Positions 10,585-20,353 of a stretch of DNA of 64,000 nucleotides are shown here, piece after piece. This stretch comes from an uncultured Chlamydiae bacterium (lineage in GTDB: Bacteria; Chlamydiota; Chlamydiia; Chlamydiales; Parachlamydiaceae): the NCBI GenBank assembly GCA_963830365.1, contig CAWHMU010000047.1:25960-89959 (forward strand), in the 5' to 3' direction. The notes beneath the pieces were generated by a model. It saw only the letters and a list, made by a program, of their open reading frames with translations. It did no database searches and was not told the DNA's origin. Every line of letters starts with the position of its first letter. Within the stretch, counting starts at the first letter, position 1. Both the position numbers and the translations under genes were made by a program.

Positions 10585-12198
10585 ATGTCAGTGTCCATGA
10601 CCCCGCAACCCCAGTTTAGCCGCTGGCGGAATGCATTATGGCCGGTACATCGCTACGAGCTCAGAAAGCTTGTGCCGATGCTCCTTATATTCTTTCTGAT
10701 CTCTTTTGATTATAATGTTTTGCGCATTATGAAAGATACGCTGGTGGTGACGGCAAAGTCTTCCGGCGCCGAGGTGATCCCATTTATTAAAGTCTGGGTG
10801 ATGTTCCCCGGAGCTATCTTACTGACCTATCTGTTTACGCGCCTCTCCAACCGTCTTAAGCGCGAAACCGTCTTTTACGTCCTCCTGTCAATTTTCCTCG
10901 GATACTTCTTCATTTTCACCACCGTGCTTTATCCGGCCCGCGACCTCCTGCATCCCCACGCCACAGCCGATATGCTGGAGACGATTTTACCGGCCGGACT
11001 TAAAGGTCTGATCGCCATGTATCGCAATTGGACGTTCACCACGTTCTATGTCATGGCCGAACTTTGGAGCAATATCATCCTGGCGATGCTCTTTTGGGGA
11101 TTTGCCAATCAGGTGACGCGTCTGGGGGAAGCCAAGCGCTTCTATGGTTTATTTGGCATCGGCGCCAACCTGTCCGGTGTGGCGGCAGGGGAGGCCTCGG
11201 TATGGCTTTCCCGCAAGCCGTTTAACGCCTATCTGCCATTCGGATCGGATGCCTGGGAGCAGTCGATGGTGATGCTGGTCGGATTAGTGATCATCGCAGG
11301 TCTGGCCGCCATGGGCATTTTCCGCTGGTTCAATACCACGATTCTGACAGACGCCCGTTTTTACGACGGCTCCAATGAAAGAAAGGCCGGCGATGTGCGC
11401 GGCAAGTTATCGATGCGCGAAAGTTTCAGTTATCTATTCCGTTCCCGCTATATGATCTGCGTGGCCATCATCGTTATCGCTTATAACCTGGTGATAAATT
11501 TGGTCGAAGTCGTCTGGAAGCACGAAATGCACGAGCTTTATCCTAGTCCGAGCGATTATAATATCTACATGAGCCACATCACCTCCATCATTGGCGTCGT
11601 GGCCACTTTGACGGCGCTTTTCGTGTCGGGAAATTCGCTGCGCAAATGCGGCTGGACCTTCACTGCGATGCTGACACCGGCGATATTATTTGTCACCAGC
11701 ATCGGTTTCTTTGCCTTCTTCTTCGCTAAAGGGGATATGGCTAGCATGATCATCCAGCTCTTCGGGGCCACGCCTTTGGCCATTGTCGTCTTCTTCGGCT
11801 CGGCCCAGAATATCTTAAGCCGGGCGGCAAAATATACTGTTTTTGATGCCACCAAAGAGATGGCTTTTGTGCCACTCAGCCGGGAAGATCAGTTGAAGGG
11901 GAAACCTGCTGTCGATGGCGTATGCTCGCGTTTGGGCAAGTCGGGAGGGTCTGTCATCCATCAAGGGTTGCTACTGTCGTTTTCCACCATTACCGCCAGC
12001 GCCCCGTATGTGGCAGGCTTCTTGTTAGGCGTTATTGCCATATGGATTGGCGCCACCCGCATGCTCGGCAAACAGTTTAGCGAGTTGACCAAGGCGCCGC
12101 AGCCGGCACCAACAGTGCAGCCGCCAGTTGATGTGCCAGAGATGGTGGCAGCGCCTGTAGGAGTTTATGTAGAAGGAAATGCGACGTTAGCCTCTTAG
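10585..12198 (+). CDS. Npt/TLC-family nucleotide transport protein
   Basis: KDTLVVTAKSSGAEVIPFIKVW, FYVMAELWS, FWGFANQ, EAKRFY, NLVEVVWK, KYTVFDATKEMAFVPL, RLGKSGGS. Confidence 0.95.
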   Translation: MSVSMTPQPQFSRWRNALWPVHRYELRKLVPMLLIFFLISFDYNVLRIMKDTLVVTAKSSGAEVIPFIKVWVMFPGAILLTYLFTRLSNRLKRETVFYVLLSIFLGYFFIFTTVLYPARDLLHPHATADMLETILPAGLKGLIAMYRNWTFTTFYVMAELWSNIILAMLFWGFANQVTRLGEAKRFYGLFGIGANLSGVAAGEASVWLSRKPFNAYLPFGSDAWEQSMVMLVGLVIIAGLAAMGIFRWFNTTILTDARFYDGSNERKAGDVRGKLSMRESFSYLFRSRYMICVAIIVIAYNLVINLVEVVWKHEMHELYPSPSDYNIYMSHITSIIGVVATLTALFVSGNSLRKCGWTFTAMLTPAILFVTSIGFFAFFFAKGDMASMIIQLFGATPLAIVVFFGSAQNILSRAAKYTVFDATKEMAFVPLSREDQLKGKPAVDGVCSRLGKSGGSVIHQGLLLSFSTITASAPYVAGFLLGVIAIWIGATRMLGKQFSELTKAPQPAPTVQPPVDVPEMVAAPVGVYVEGNATLAS

Positions 12199-12218
12199 GG
12201 CAGGCAGTTTCTTAGTAG

Positions 12219-12266
12219 AGATAGTGCTCTTGCCATAGGATCTATGGCAAGGGCACTATCTTTTTG
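12219..12266 (+). terminator. Probable intrinsic terminator between the two Npt genes
   Basis: AGATAGTGCTCTTGCCATAG-GAT-CTATGGCAAGGGCACTATCT followed by a T-run. Confidence 0.7.
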
Positions 12267-12356
12267 TTTTGGTGGCTAAGCTAAAGGTTTAGTTTGTTTC
12301 TTGTTGATTAAAAATACGAAGATGTTGTATAATAATTCTTTACAAAAGGCGTTTAG

Positions 12357-13961
12357 ATGTCTCAACAAACTAATGTAGACTCTGAAAAAGCATTTGGTCC
12401 CGTCAGATCCTGTTTATGGCCCATACATCGCCATGAAGCCAAAAAGCTTGTGCCGATGTTCCTGATGGTCTTTCTGCTATGTTTTGACTACAGCATCTTG
12501 CGCAACATGAAAGACACGCTGGTCGTCACGGCGTCCGGCGCGGAAGTTATCCCTTTTATCAAAGTCTGGGTCATGCTGCCGATGGCGGTCTTGTTGACCA
12601 TCCTGTTTACCAAGCTATCAAACCGCTACAGTCAAGAACGCGTCTTTTACATGATGACGACCGGTTTTCTGGCCTGCTTTGTCACCTTTGCCTTTGTGCT
12701 TTACCCTATGCGCGATGCGCTCCACCCCAATGCCCTAGCCGATAGAATGGAATTGATCCTGCCGCTTGGCCTTAAAGGCTTGATCTCCATGTTCCGCAAT
12801 TGGACATTCACCGGCTTTTATGTGATGTCTGAGCTGTGGGGCAGCATGATGCTGAATGTTTTATTCTGGGGCTTTGCCAATGAAGTCACGCGTGTTAAAG
12901 AAGCCCGCCGTTTTTATGGCGTCTTCGGTATCGGTTCAAACATAGCCACCATCCTCGCCGGACAAGCCGCCATTTTCTTTTCGCAAGGCACCTTTGCCAA
13001 CCTCTCGATCCTCGCCGGCCGCGAATCTTGGGAACAGGTGCAGATGGTGCTGGTGACGCTCATCACGATCTGCGGTATCATCACCATGGGTCTATTCCGT
13101 TGGATGAATCGCCATGTGTTGACGGATCCTAGTTTCGATGAATTCCACCACAATAAGCGTGTCAGCAAAGCCAAAGGAAAGCTGTCCTTTCGTGAAAGCT
13201 TCTCCGTACTGTCTAATTCGAAATATCTGATCTGCATCGCTATCCTGGTGGTCTCCTACAACCTGGTGATCAATCTGGTTGAAATCGTCTGGAAAGATCA
13301 GTTGCGCAGCCTTTACCCAAATCCGGCCGATTTGAACACCTATCTGAACAATTTGACTTCGGCTGTCGGTATCGTGGCTACGGTCGCGGCCATCTTCATG
13401 GCTAAAATTATCGGGAAATACGGCTGGACGAAAACCGCCCTTAGCACACCCATCATCATGCTAGTAACCTGTGCCGGCTTTTTTGCCTTCTTATTCTTCC
13501 GCGAATCCGATTTTGCCGGTGTCATCGTCGCCCTGACCGGCACCACTCCACTGGCTATCGCCGTCTTCTTTGGTGCCGCGCAAAACTGTTTGAGCAAAGC
13601 CGCCAAATATTCGGTCTTTGATGCTACCAAGGAAATGGCCTATATTCCACTCAGCCATGAAGTGAAGCTCAAAGGGAAAGCTGCCATCGATGGCGTCGGT
13701 TCCCGCTTCGGCAAATCCGGCGGTTCGCTGATCCACCAAGGGTTGCTGATGATTTTTACGACGCTGACGGCCAGCGCGCCTTATGTCGCCGTCATCCTGC
13801 TGGTAGTGATTATTTTCTGGATCGGTGCTGCCAAGGCCTTGGGTGTACAGTTTAGAGATCTCGTAGCCTCGCAAAATAAAGGCCAGCCTGACGATTTGGG
13901 CGAAAGTCCGCCGCCTGTACGCGTGCCTGCCGGCGAACAGCCGATCCAAGCCGCCACCTAG
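12357..13961 (+). CDS. Npt/TLC-family nucleotide transport protein (tandem paralogue)
   Basis: KDTLVVTASGAEVIPFIKVW, FWGFANE, EARRFY, NLVEIVWK, KYSVFDATKEMAYIPL, KGKAAIDGVGSRFGKSGGS. Confidence 0.95.
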   Translation: MSQQTNVDSEKAFGPVRSCLWPIHRHEAKKLVPMFLMVFLLCFDYSILRNMKDTLVVTASGAEVIPFIKVWVMLPMAVLLTILFTKLSNRYSQERVFYMMTTGFLACFVTFAFVLYPMRDALHPNALADRMELILPLGLKGLISMFRNWTFTGFYVMSELWGSMMLNVLFWGFANEVTRVKEARRFYGVFGIGSNIATILAGQAAIFFSQGTFANLSILAGRESWEQVQMVLVTLITICGIITMGLFRWMNRHVLTDPSFDEFHHNKRVSKAKGKLSFRESFSVLSNSKYLICIAILVVSYNLVINLVEIVWKDQLRSLYPNPADLNTYLNNLTSAVGIVATVAAIFMAKIIGKYGWTKTALSTPIIMLVTCAGFFAFLFFRESDFAGVIVALTGTTPLAIAVFFGAAQNCLSKAAKYSVFDATKEMAYIPLSHEVKLKGKAAIDGVGSRFGKSGGSLIHQGLLMIFTTLTASAPYVAVILLVVIIFWIGAAKALGVQFRDLVASQNKGQPDDLGESPPPVRVPAGEQPIQAAT

Positions 13962-14058
13962 GTATGCCACTTAGGTCGTAAATTAATCGTAAAAATGTGT
14001 GGCTCAAAACTCCCCATCGCGCGATAATTCGTAAGACTCACATTTAACATAGAATTTT

Positions 14059-15255
14059 ATGACACAACCAATAAGTTTTAGCGACCTCGGCCTTGATGCG
14101 GCGATATTAAAATCTTTAGAGCGTATGGGGTATAAAGAGCCCTCTCCCATTCAGGCAGAAGCCATCCCTTTGATCATGCAAGGTAAGGACCTGATAGCCC
14201 TTGCCAAGACCGGTTCCGGCAAGACAGCAGCCTGCGCCATTCCCATCTGCCAGCGCATCAATGTAAACAAGCCAAATGTACAGGCCCTGATCATCGTGCC
14301 GACACGCGAACTAGCGCTGCAGTATGCCACCGAAGCTCAGAAAATCGGCAGCGACCAGGGGGTCAAGGCTTTTGCCGTCTTTGGCGGCGAAAGCGCCACC
14401 ATGCAGCAATCCAAGCTTAAACATGGCGTGCATGTTCTGGTGGCCACGCCCGGCCGCCTGATCGATTTCATTTACAGCCGTCAAATCGACCTCTCGCATG
14501 TCGAAACGCTGATCCTTGATGAAGCCGACGAGATGCTCAGCATGGGCTTTTACGACGATTTGGAATTTGTCATGCAATGTCTCAACCACCCGCACCAGAC
14601 GCTGCTTTTTTCCGCTACCATGCCGCAGCAGATCCGCAAAATCGCCAAGCAGCATATGAAAGAGCCGAGCGAGGTTTTTCTGAATCAGCAGCAGGCCAGC
14701 CCCTCTACCATTGACCACCGCTTCCTGCACTGCCATCACGAGCATAAAGGCCCGGCGCTTGTGCGCCTGATGGAAGAACTAAAACCCAAGCAGGCCATCA
14801 TCTTCTGCCGCTCGCGCGACGAAGTGGAGAGGGTATGCCGCGGTCTTAAGCAGAAATTCGACGGTGTGGATTATCTGCATGCCGGCCTAAGCCAGGATAT
14901 GCGCACTATTATCACCGGCAAATTCCGTACCGGCCGTGTACGCTTTCTGGTAGCTACAGATGTGGCCGCGCGCGGACTTGACATCTCAGGCATCACCCAT
15001 GTATTCATCTATCATCTGGCCGATGACCCAGACATCTACGTGCACCGTTCCGGCCGTACCGGCCGCTGCGAGAGAGAAGGTATGGTGGTCACGCTTGTAT
15101 CGGACCGCGAATTGCATGCTATGAAAGGCGTGCTCGAGCATATCAAAAAAGAAGCCGTCTGGATCGGCGAGCCTCCCCAGCCACGCCAAGATGGTGGCGA
15201 TGGCCGTCCGCCGCGCAGCCGCCCCCCTTTCAGGCGCCGCCCGCCCGCCAAATAG
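14059..15255 (+). CDS. DEAD-box RNA helicase
   Basis: Q motif, AKTGSGKT, PTRELA, TPGRL, DEAD, SAT, ARGLD, HRSGRTGR. Confidence 0.95.
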   Translation: MTQPISFSDLGLDAAILKSLERMGYKEPSPIQAEAIPLIMQGKDLIALAKTGSGKTAACAIPICQRINVNKPNVQALIIVPTRELALQYATEAQKIGSDQGVKAFAVFGGESATMQQSKLKHGVHVLVATPGRLIDFIYSRQIDLSHVETLILDEADEMLSMGFYDDLEFVMQCLNHPHQTLLFSATMPQQIRKIAKQHMKEPSEVFLNQQQASPSTIDHRFLHCHHEHKGPALVRLMEELKPKQAIIFCRSRDEVERVCRGLKQKFDGVDYLHAGLSQDMRTIITGKFRTGRVRFLVATDVAARGLDISGITHVFIYHLADDPDIYVHRSGRTGRCEREGMVVTLVSDRELHAMKGVLEHIKKEAVWIGEPPQPRQDGGDGRPPRSRPPFRRRPPAK

Positions 15256-15277
15256 CTTAAATGTCTTGCGCGAAGCG

Positions 15278-15385
15278 TTTGGTGTGTGCAAGTCCGCTTG
15301 CGCTTTTCCTAAAAACCATCCTCCACCAAATATCTTGAAGCCTACGCAGCGCGTTTGGAGTGCGCAAGTCCTCTTGCGCTTTTCC
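15278..15385 (+). repeat. Two REP copies (TTTGGAGTGCGCAAGTCCTCTTGCGCTTTTCC) left of the RAYT gene
   Basis: Copies at 15278-15309 and 15354-15385; core palindrome GCGCAAG-TCCT-CTTGCGC. Confidence 0.9.
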
Positions 15386-15438
15386 TAAGAAGCCATCTTT
15401 CATCAGACTTTTCTGTGATAAATAATTTGAACGATTAA

Positions 15439-15969
15439 CTAAAAATCGTCAATCACTTTAACCTTATCGATCTTAAAGCTAGCCACTGTTTGATAGAACG
15501 AGGGCGTCGCTGTCTTTTCAAACCAACTTGCAGAACACCAAGGATATTGAGTGGCTACATTCACCAAGCCATGTCGAACTGGATTTTGATTCACATAATT
15601 TAGTCTTGCCAAATATGAATACTGGAATGAGATGTGTCTATCCCAATATTGCCACCACACTTGACGGTTTGGTGTATTATCCTTGGCATTTACATACTTT
15701 GCGGTTGTCACATGCAAATTTGATAGAAAAGCTGGAAGATTTTTCGGATCGTTCGGCGATTGAGCAATGAAATGATAATGGTTTGCAAAGACAGCCCACG
15801 CCTGCAGCAGCCAATTATATTCTTTTGCCAACTGCAACAACGTGTCATGAAGAAATTGCAAGCGTTCTGGCGAATGAAAATGCAATGTCTTGCCATAGGT
15901 TGCCGCGGTAATCATGTAGGTGCCTCTGAAAAGCGTTCGATGGGCAGGGGCATGCGGCCAATGTTGCAT
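15439..15969 (-). mobile_element. REP-associated tyrosine transposase (RAYT/TnpA-REP, Y1 HUH family)
   Basis: TYMITAAT, AWAVFANHYHF (HUH), WWQYWDRHI, NYVNQNPVRHGLV, YPWCS; flanked by inverted REPs; AT-rich. Confidence 0.9.
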
Positions 15970-16079
15970 AGTAGGACCTTTTAAAATATGCATAATTACT
16001 AAAATAATTATAATAATTTATATTTTACCGCAATGTATACTTTTTAACCCCCGGGGGCTTTGATGAAAGGTAGCCTCCG

Positions 16080-16172
16080 GGAAAAGCGCAAGAGGACTTG
16101 CGCACTCCAAACGCTTCGCGCATGTATTGTAGTTTTGATGAATGATGACTTCTAGGAAAAGCGCAAGAGGAC
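16080..16172 (-). repeat. Two inverted REP copies right of the RAYT gene
   Basis: GGAAAAGCGCAAGAGGACTTGCGCACTCCAAA at 16080-16111; partial copy at 16155-16172. Confidence 0.9.
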
Positions 16173-16183
16173 GTTTGGATTTC

Positions 16184-16969
16184 TTAAAAAGGATGGGAGA
16201 GGTCGGGGACGACGACGAGGTCTTGGGATATTTTGGCGCGCAGCACCTGTTGGATATAGGAAAGGGTAGTGCCGATTGAGGAGTAGCATGAGGTGCATGA
16301 TCCCTGATAGGAGATGACCAGCTCTTTGTCGTGCAGCAGGTTCAGCACGGAGACGCCGCCGCCATCCAAAGCGATGTAGGGGCGGATGTCTTGATCCATC
16401 ACCTGCTCGATGACGGCAATCTTCTGCTTCAGTGTCAGCTCCTGCCAGCCGGGGTAGCCGCCCGGTACGACCTCTCCCATGTCGATCGGCACGGGAGGGG
16501 CGGTATAGGTGTCGGCAAAGGGGATATCGGTGCACTGTTCGGCAGCTTTGTCGATAGCTTCCAGCACTAAATTAAGATGGGGATAGGTTTCTTTGGGAAA
16601 GGCTGGCGTATCGGAGCGGTCGCGCAGCTGCTTATCAATGAGGTCGGCGCTGATGCGGCGGGCCTGGTCGTAATTTTTACCGACCAGCAATTCGCAGGCG
16701 GCTTCGGCGGCGCCGATCAGGGCCGATTGCCCATACACCTGGAATCTGGCATCGACGATGATGCCGTCGTCCTTATCGACCAGCCAATACAGGCAGACTT
16801 CATTGCCATCGGCGATGCTGCCATCTTTGCCATAGGCCAGCCGCATCAGGCGCGCTTCGGCCTCTTCTTTGCCAAACAATCCGCTGCAGCGCGGCTGGTC
16901 GATTTTGGCGATCAACTTCTTGCTATAGCGCGCCCAAGGGAAGGAAGTGGTCAGTACGGAGAGGCCCAT
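16184..16969 (-). CDS. NifU-like protein (degenerate IscU domain plus C-terminal Nfu domain)
   Basis: YSKKL...PR, GIIVDARFQVYG, LVGKNYDQA; C-terminal IRPYIALDGG...YQGSCTSC. Confidence 0.85.
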   Translation of the reverse strand: MGLSVLTTSFPWARYSKKLIAKIDQPRCSGLFGKEEAEARLMRLAYGKDGSIADGNEVCLYWLVDKDDGIIVDARFQVYGQSALIGAAEAACELLVGKNYDQARRISADLIDKQLRDRSDTPAFPKETYPHLNLVLEAIDKAAEQCTDIPFADTYTAPPVPIDMGEVVPGGYPGWQELTLKQKIAVIEQVMDQDIRPYIALDGGGVSVLNLLHDKELVISYQGSCTSCYSSIGTTLSYIQQVLRAKISQDLVVVPDLSHPF

Positions 16970-16986
16970 GCGCTATGATCCTTAGT

Positions 16987-18168
16987 TTAAGTGGATGCCT
17001 TGTTTGGCGGTGTCGTTTGAGGGGCCAGTTTGCGCAGGCGTTGTACGCTATCGCCGATGATGTCAATAGCCCGGTCTATCTCCTCCTCGGTGGTCTCGCG
17101 CGACAGGCTGAAGCTTAAGGCGCTGTGGGCCAGGGATTCTTCGACGCCGCAGGCAGTAAGCACAAGGCCAATTTGCTGGTGCGTGCCGCCGCCGATGCTG
17201 GCATAGACTTTTTTGCGGTTGAGCAGATAGAGCAGGGCTTCGTTGGCGATGCCGGGGAAGCCTATGGCGGTACAGTTGGGCAGGCGTTCCTGCTGCTGAA
17301 AAAATACCACGGCATCGGGCACAAGCGCCATAATGCCCGTTTCCAATTTGCTGCGCAGGCGCGCCACTTCAGTGCATATCAGGTCGCGCGCATCGAGGGC
17401 TTCGCGCGCGGCTTGTCCGAGCGCTGCCAAGCAGGCCACGCTGAAATTGCCGGCCCGATAGCCTCCTTGCTCAATGCCGCCCAGAATGAAGGGGGAGCAT
17501 CTCACGTCGTGCCTGATATACAGCCCTCCCGTGCCAGTAGGGGCATGGAAGCTGTCGCCGCTGAAGGTCAGGAAATGCGCCGGCACATCTTCCCAATCAC
17601 AAAAGATTTTCCCTAGAATGTTGGAGGCGTCCAGATGCAGGCGGATGCCGCGCTCGTCGCACAGGGTGGCGATTTCCTCGATAGGATTGATGACGCCTGT
17701 CAGGCCGTTGGCCCAGTTCAGTGATACGAGTGCCGTGCGCGGCGTGATGGTATCGGCAATGGCGGCTGCCGTGATGCGGCCGGTCTTGTCTGCCGGCACC
17801 ATCTTGCCAAGGCAGCTCAACTGTTCCAGCCGACCGATGGCCATAATGGCCGGGGCTTCGTCGATGGCGGAGGTGATGAACTGATTTTTGCCGGTATGCA
17901 CCGTGACATCGAAGTAGGTGGCGGTGACTACATGGTTGATGCCTTCGGCACCAGAGGAGGTGAAGATGACGGTGTCGCTTTCCTTGGCGCCGATCAAGGC
18001 ATAGATGCCTCTTAAGGCCTCTTCAATGGCCGGATAGAGTTGCTGTCCGCGCTGGTGCGGCGCTGACGGCACCCCCCAGCGTTCGGTAAGGAAAGGCAGC
18101 ATTTTGGCGACAGCCCGTTCGGAAGGACGGGTAGTGGTGTTGTTATCGAGGTAGATTTCGTTTGGCAT
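16987..18168 (-). CDS. NifS/IscS-like cysteine desulfurase homologue lacking catalytic residues
   Basis: IYLDNNTTT, IFTSSGAEGIN, TGVINPI, HLDAS, FSLSRETTEEEID; PLP Lys and catalytic Cys absent. Confidence 0.85.
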   Translation of the reverse strand: MPNEIYLDNNTTTRPSERAVAKMLPFLTERWGVPSAPHQRGQQLYPAIEEALRGIYALIGAKESDTVIFTSSGAEGINHVVTATYFDVTVHTGKNQFITSAIDEAPAIMAIGRLEQLSCLGKMVPADKTGRITAAAIADTITPRTALVSLNWANGLTGVINPIEEIATLCDERGIRLHLDASNILGKIFCDWEDVPAHFLTFSGDSFHAPTGTGGLYIRHDVRCSPFILGGIEQGGYRAGNFSVACLAALGQAAREALDARDLICTEVARLRSKLETGIMALVPDAVVFFQQQERLPNCTAIGFPGIANEALLYLLNRKKVYASIGGGTHQQIGLVLTACGVEESLAHSALSFSLSRETTEEEIDRAIDIIGDSVQRLRKLAPQTTPPNKAST

Positions 18169-18172
18169 AAAG

Positions 18173-18862
18173 TTATATCGGTGTGAGAGCTTCTTTTTTG
18201 AATGAGCCTTTACTATAGTCGTAAATGATGGGCGCGCCGGTGGCGATTTCCAGGTGCAGTACCTGCTCTTCAGTCAGCTTGTCAAGGTACATGATGATGG
18301 AGCGCAGCGAATTGCCGTGGGCCGAGATAAAGACATTTTTGCCCTGCTGCAGCAAAGGGACGATTTTTTCCTTGAAATAGGGGATGGAGCGTTCGGCGGT
18401 CATTTTCAGGCTTTCCCCGTTGGGAGGCGCTGTGTCAAAACTGCGCCGCCAGATTTTGACCTGGTCGGCCCCGAATTTTTCGGCCGTTTCGGCCTTGTTG
18501 AGTCCCTGCAATTGGCCATACATGCGCTCATTGAGCTCCCAGCAGCAGATCACGGGGATGGTGCGGGCTAAGGTCTCCGGACTGAAAATTTCGCCCCAGC
18601 TGCTGAGCTGGCTGTTTTCGGGGTGCTGGATGACAGGGACCTTGCCGGAGCTGTGCTCGCTCATGGCCAGCATGGCCGTCATCTGGGCGCGCATCAGGGT
18701 GGTGGTGATGATGATGTCGATGGGCAGATCTTTAATGAGCTGGCCGGCGGCCAAGGCTTCTTCGATACCCTGTGTGGACAGGGGAATATCCACCCAGCCG
18801 GTAAACAGGTTTAGTCGATTCCATTCCGATTGTCCGTGGCGCATCATGATCAGTTTGCTCAT
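18173..18862 (-). CDS. gpmA: 2,3-bisphosphoglycerate-dependent phosphoglycerate mutase
   Basis: MRHGQSEWN, FTGWVD, LNERMYGQLQGLNK, WRRS, GESL, AHGNSLR. Confidence 0.95.
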   Translation of the reverse strand: MSKLIMMRHGQSEWNRLNLFTGWVDIPLSTQGIEEALAAGQLIKDLPIDIIITTTLMRAQMTAMLAMSEHSSGKVPVIQHPENSQLSSWGEIFSPETLARTIPVICCWELNERMYGQLQGLNKAETAEKFGADQVKIWRRSFDTAPPNGESLKMTAERSIPYFKEKIVPLLQQGKNVFISAHGNSLRSIIMYLDKLTEEQVLHLEIATGAPIIYDYSKGSFKKEALTPI

Positions 18863-19088
18863 CAGCCCTTCAACTCCTTGCGTAGCTCTTGCTATTCCAT
18901 CATACTGTACGTCAGCAGAAACGCAAAAGAGAAAAATGCAGTGTCTGCCATATTAAGATGATAAGGATGGTATTGCCTCATCGCTTGCTGCCAAGCTGCC
19001 GGTGCTAGATTGGCTAATAGAAATCCCTTCCGCATGGAGGCTGTCTGTGGAGGGCGTCTGCGTCAGCGGGCTTGCGCCTGTGATATTG

Positions 19089-20078
19089 TTACATCTTAAC
19101 GTCTAAGCCATAGGCCTTATTGAAAAAACGCTCGCCGGATAATTTATTTATGGCGTTAGTGTAGCCAGTGTTGATGAGGCGATAAGTGTTTTTGCCTGTG
19201 TGGCCGACGACCAATTTTTCTTGCAGATCCCCCCATGCGGTGGTAGATCCTGGGTGTACATTATCTGGATTGACGAAGAAGACGGTAGCAAAAGCGCCAG
19301 CAAACATTCTTTCGACTTTATCGCGATCTTTCTCATGCTCGGCTTTCAACGAAATCGAACTGTTATATACTCCGTCCTGTGTGTGGACGACATTGGCATC
19401 GTGTTCATCGTAATCAGCTTGGCTGATGTCAAAGCCGCGGAAATAATCGATCGTGCCGCTCAAATTGGCGATGCTGGCCGAAAAAGCGGCCAGGAATTTA
19501 GGGATTTCACCAAGGCTTGACGCACATAAGGCGCCTAATACTTTGCGCGATTCATCGTGCCATGCCAGAAAAGGCGCGGTGATAGCCGTGATGGAAAAGA
19601 ACGTCACGAATTTGGCGGCGCTTAAGCCCATGGCAAGGGCGTTGGTGGCTATTCTCAATAGCCCCAACGAACCTTTAAGGAGTGTGCCGATAACAAAGCC
19701 GCCGATTTTGCCATAGTCTTGCATGATTTCCTTCATCGTTTTATCCAACAATTTGCGGTCGGCGGCTTGAAATTGTGCGATATTCTGATTGAGTGCTGCC
19801 GGCGGTGTTTGTGAGCCTTGCGTTGTGGGAGGTGTACCGGCAAGCACCATGCCTGGCATGCTGGTAATGCTTGCACTGCTCATACTTAAGGGGCTGTCAT
19901 TTTTTATGGAGCTGGTCTGACTGTCGGTTAATGTTGACGGCGTGGCGGCAGAACTGGCAGGGTCGTCCATCGATGATTTGCGTCGATTGTTATAGATCGA
20001 TCCTGATGGATAGCCATTTGCATGTCCATAGAAAGGGATTTTTGAATGAGGTGAACTTCCATCTAGAGCGCTGCTCAT
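19089..20078 (-). CDS. Hypothetical protein, candidate T3SS substrate/translocator-like
   Basis: Ser/Thr/Pro-rich N-terminus, central long hydrophobic segment (GGFVIGTLL...ITAPFLAW); co-oriented with a SycD-like chaperone. Confidence 0.6.
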   Translation of the reverse strand: MSSALDGSSPHSKIPFYGHANGYPSGSIYNNRRKSSMDDPASSAATPSTLTDSQTSSIKNDSPLSMSSASITSMPGMVLAGTPPTTQGSQTPPAALNQNIAQFQAADRKLLDKTMKEIMQDYGKIGGFVIGTLLKGSLGLLRIATNALAMGLSAAKFVTFFSITAITAPFLAWHDESRKVLGALCASSLGEIPKFLAAFSASIANLSGTIDYFRGFDISQADYDEHDANVVHTQDGVYNSSISLKAEHEKDRDKVERMFAGAFATVFFVNPDNVHPGSTTAWGDLQEKLVVGHTGKNTYRLINTGYTNAINKLSGERFFNKAYGLDVKM

Positions 20079-20101
20079 AGTGCCTCCGGATTTTAAAACA
20101 T

Positions 20102-20353
20102 TTATTTTTTAAAGCGTTCACTAAGTAACCGAATTCCATTGATGAGTCTTTGCATATGGTCCGTATTTCTGGCAAGGTAGCTTTGTTTTAGCTTTTCGGC
20201 ATGCTGTTCGAAAGTTGTGAAGACATTGAAGTATGTTTTCTTTTTCTCATTCAGCAGCGCAGTTAGTAGCGGTTTAAGGGCTTTTTCCAAATCTTCCTGT
20301 AAATCCGGTTCAGATGGCTGGCTTTGGCTTGATGGGTATTCATTGTGCATCAT
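20102..20353 (-). CDS. Small hypothetical protein
   Basis: 83-aa helical ORF; start overlaps the chaperone stop (ATGA). Confidence 0.65.
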   Translation of the reverse strand: MMHNEYPSSQSQPSEPDLQEDLEKALKPLLTALLNEKKKTYFNVFTTFEQHAEKLKQSYLARNTDHMQRLINGIRLLSERFKK

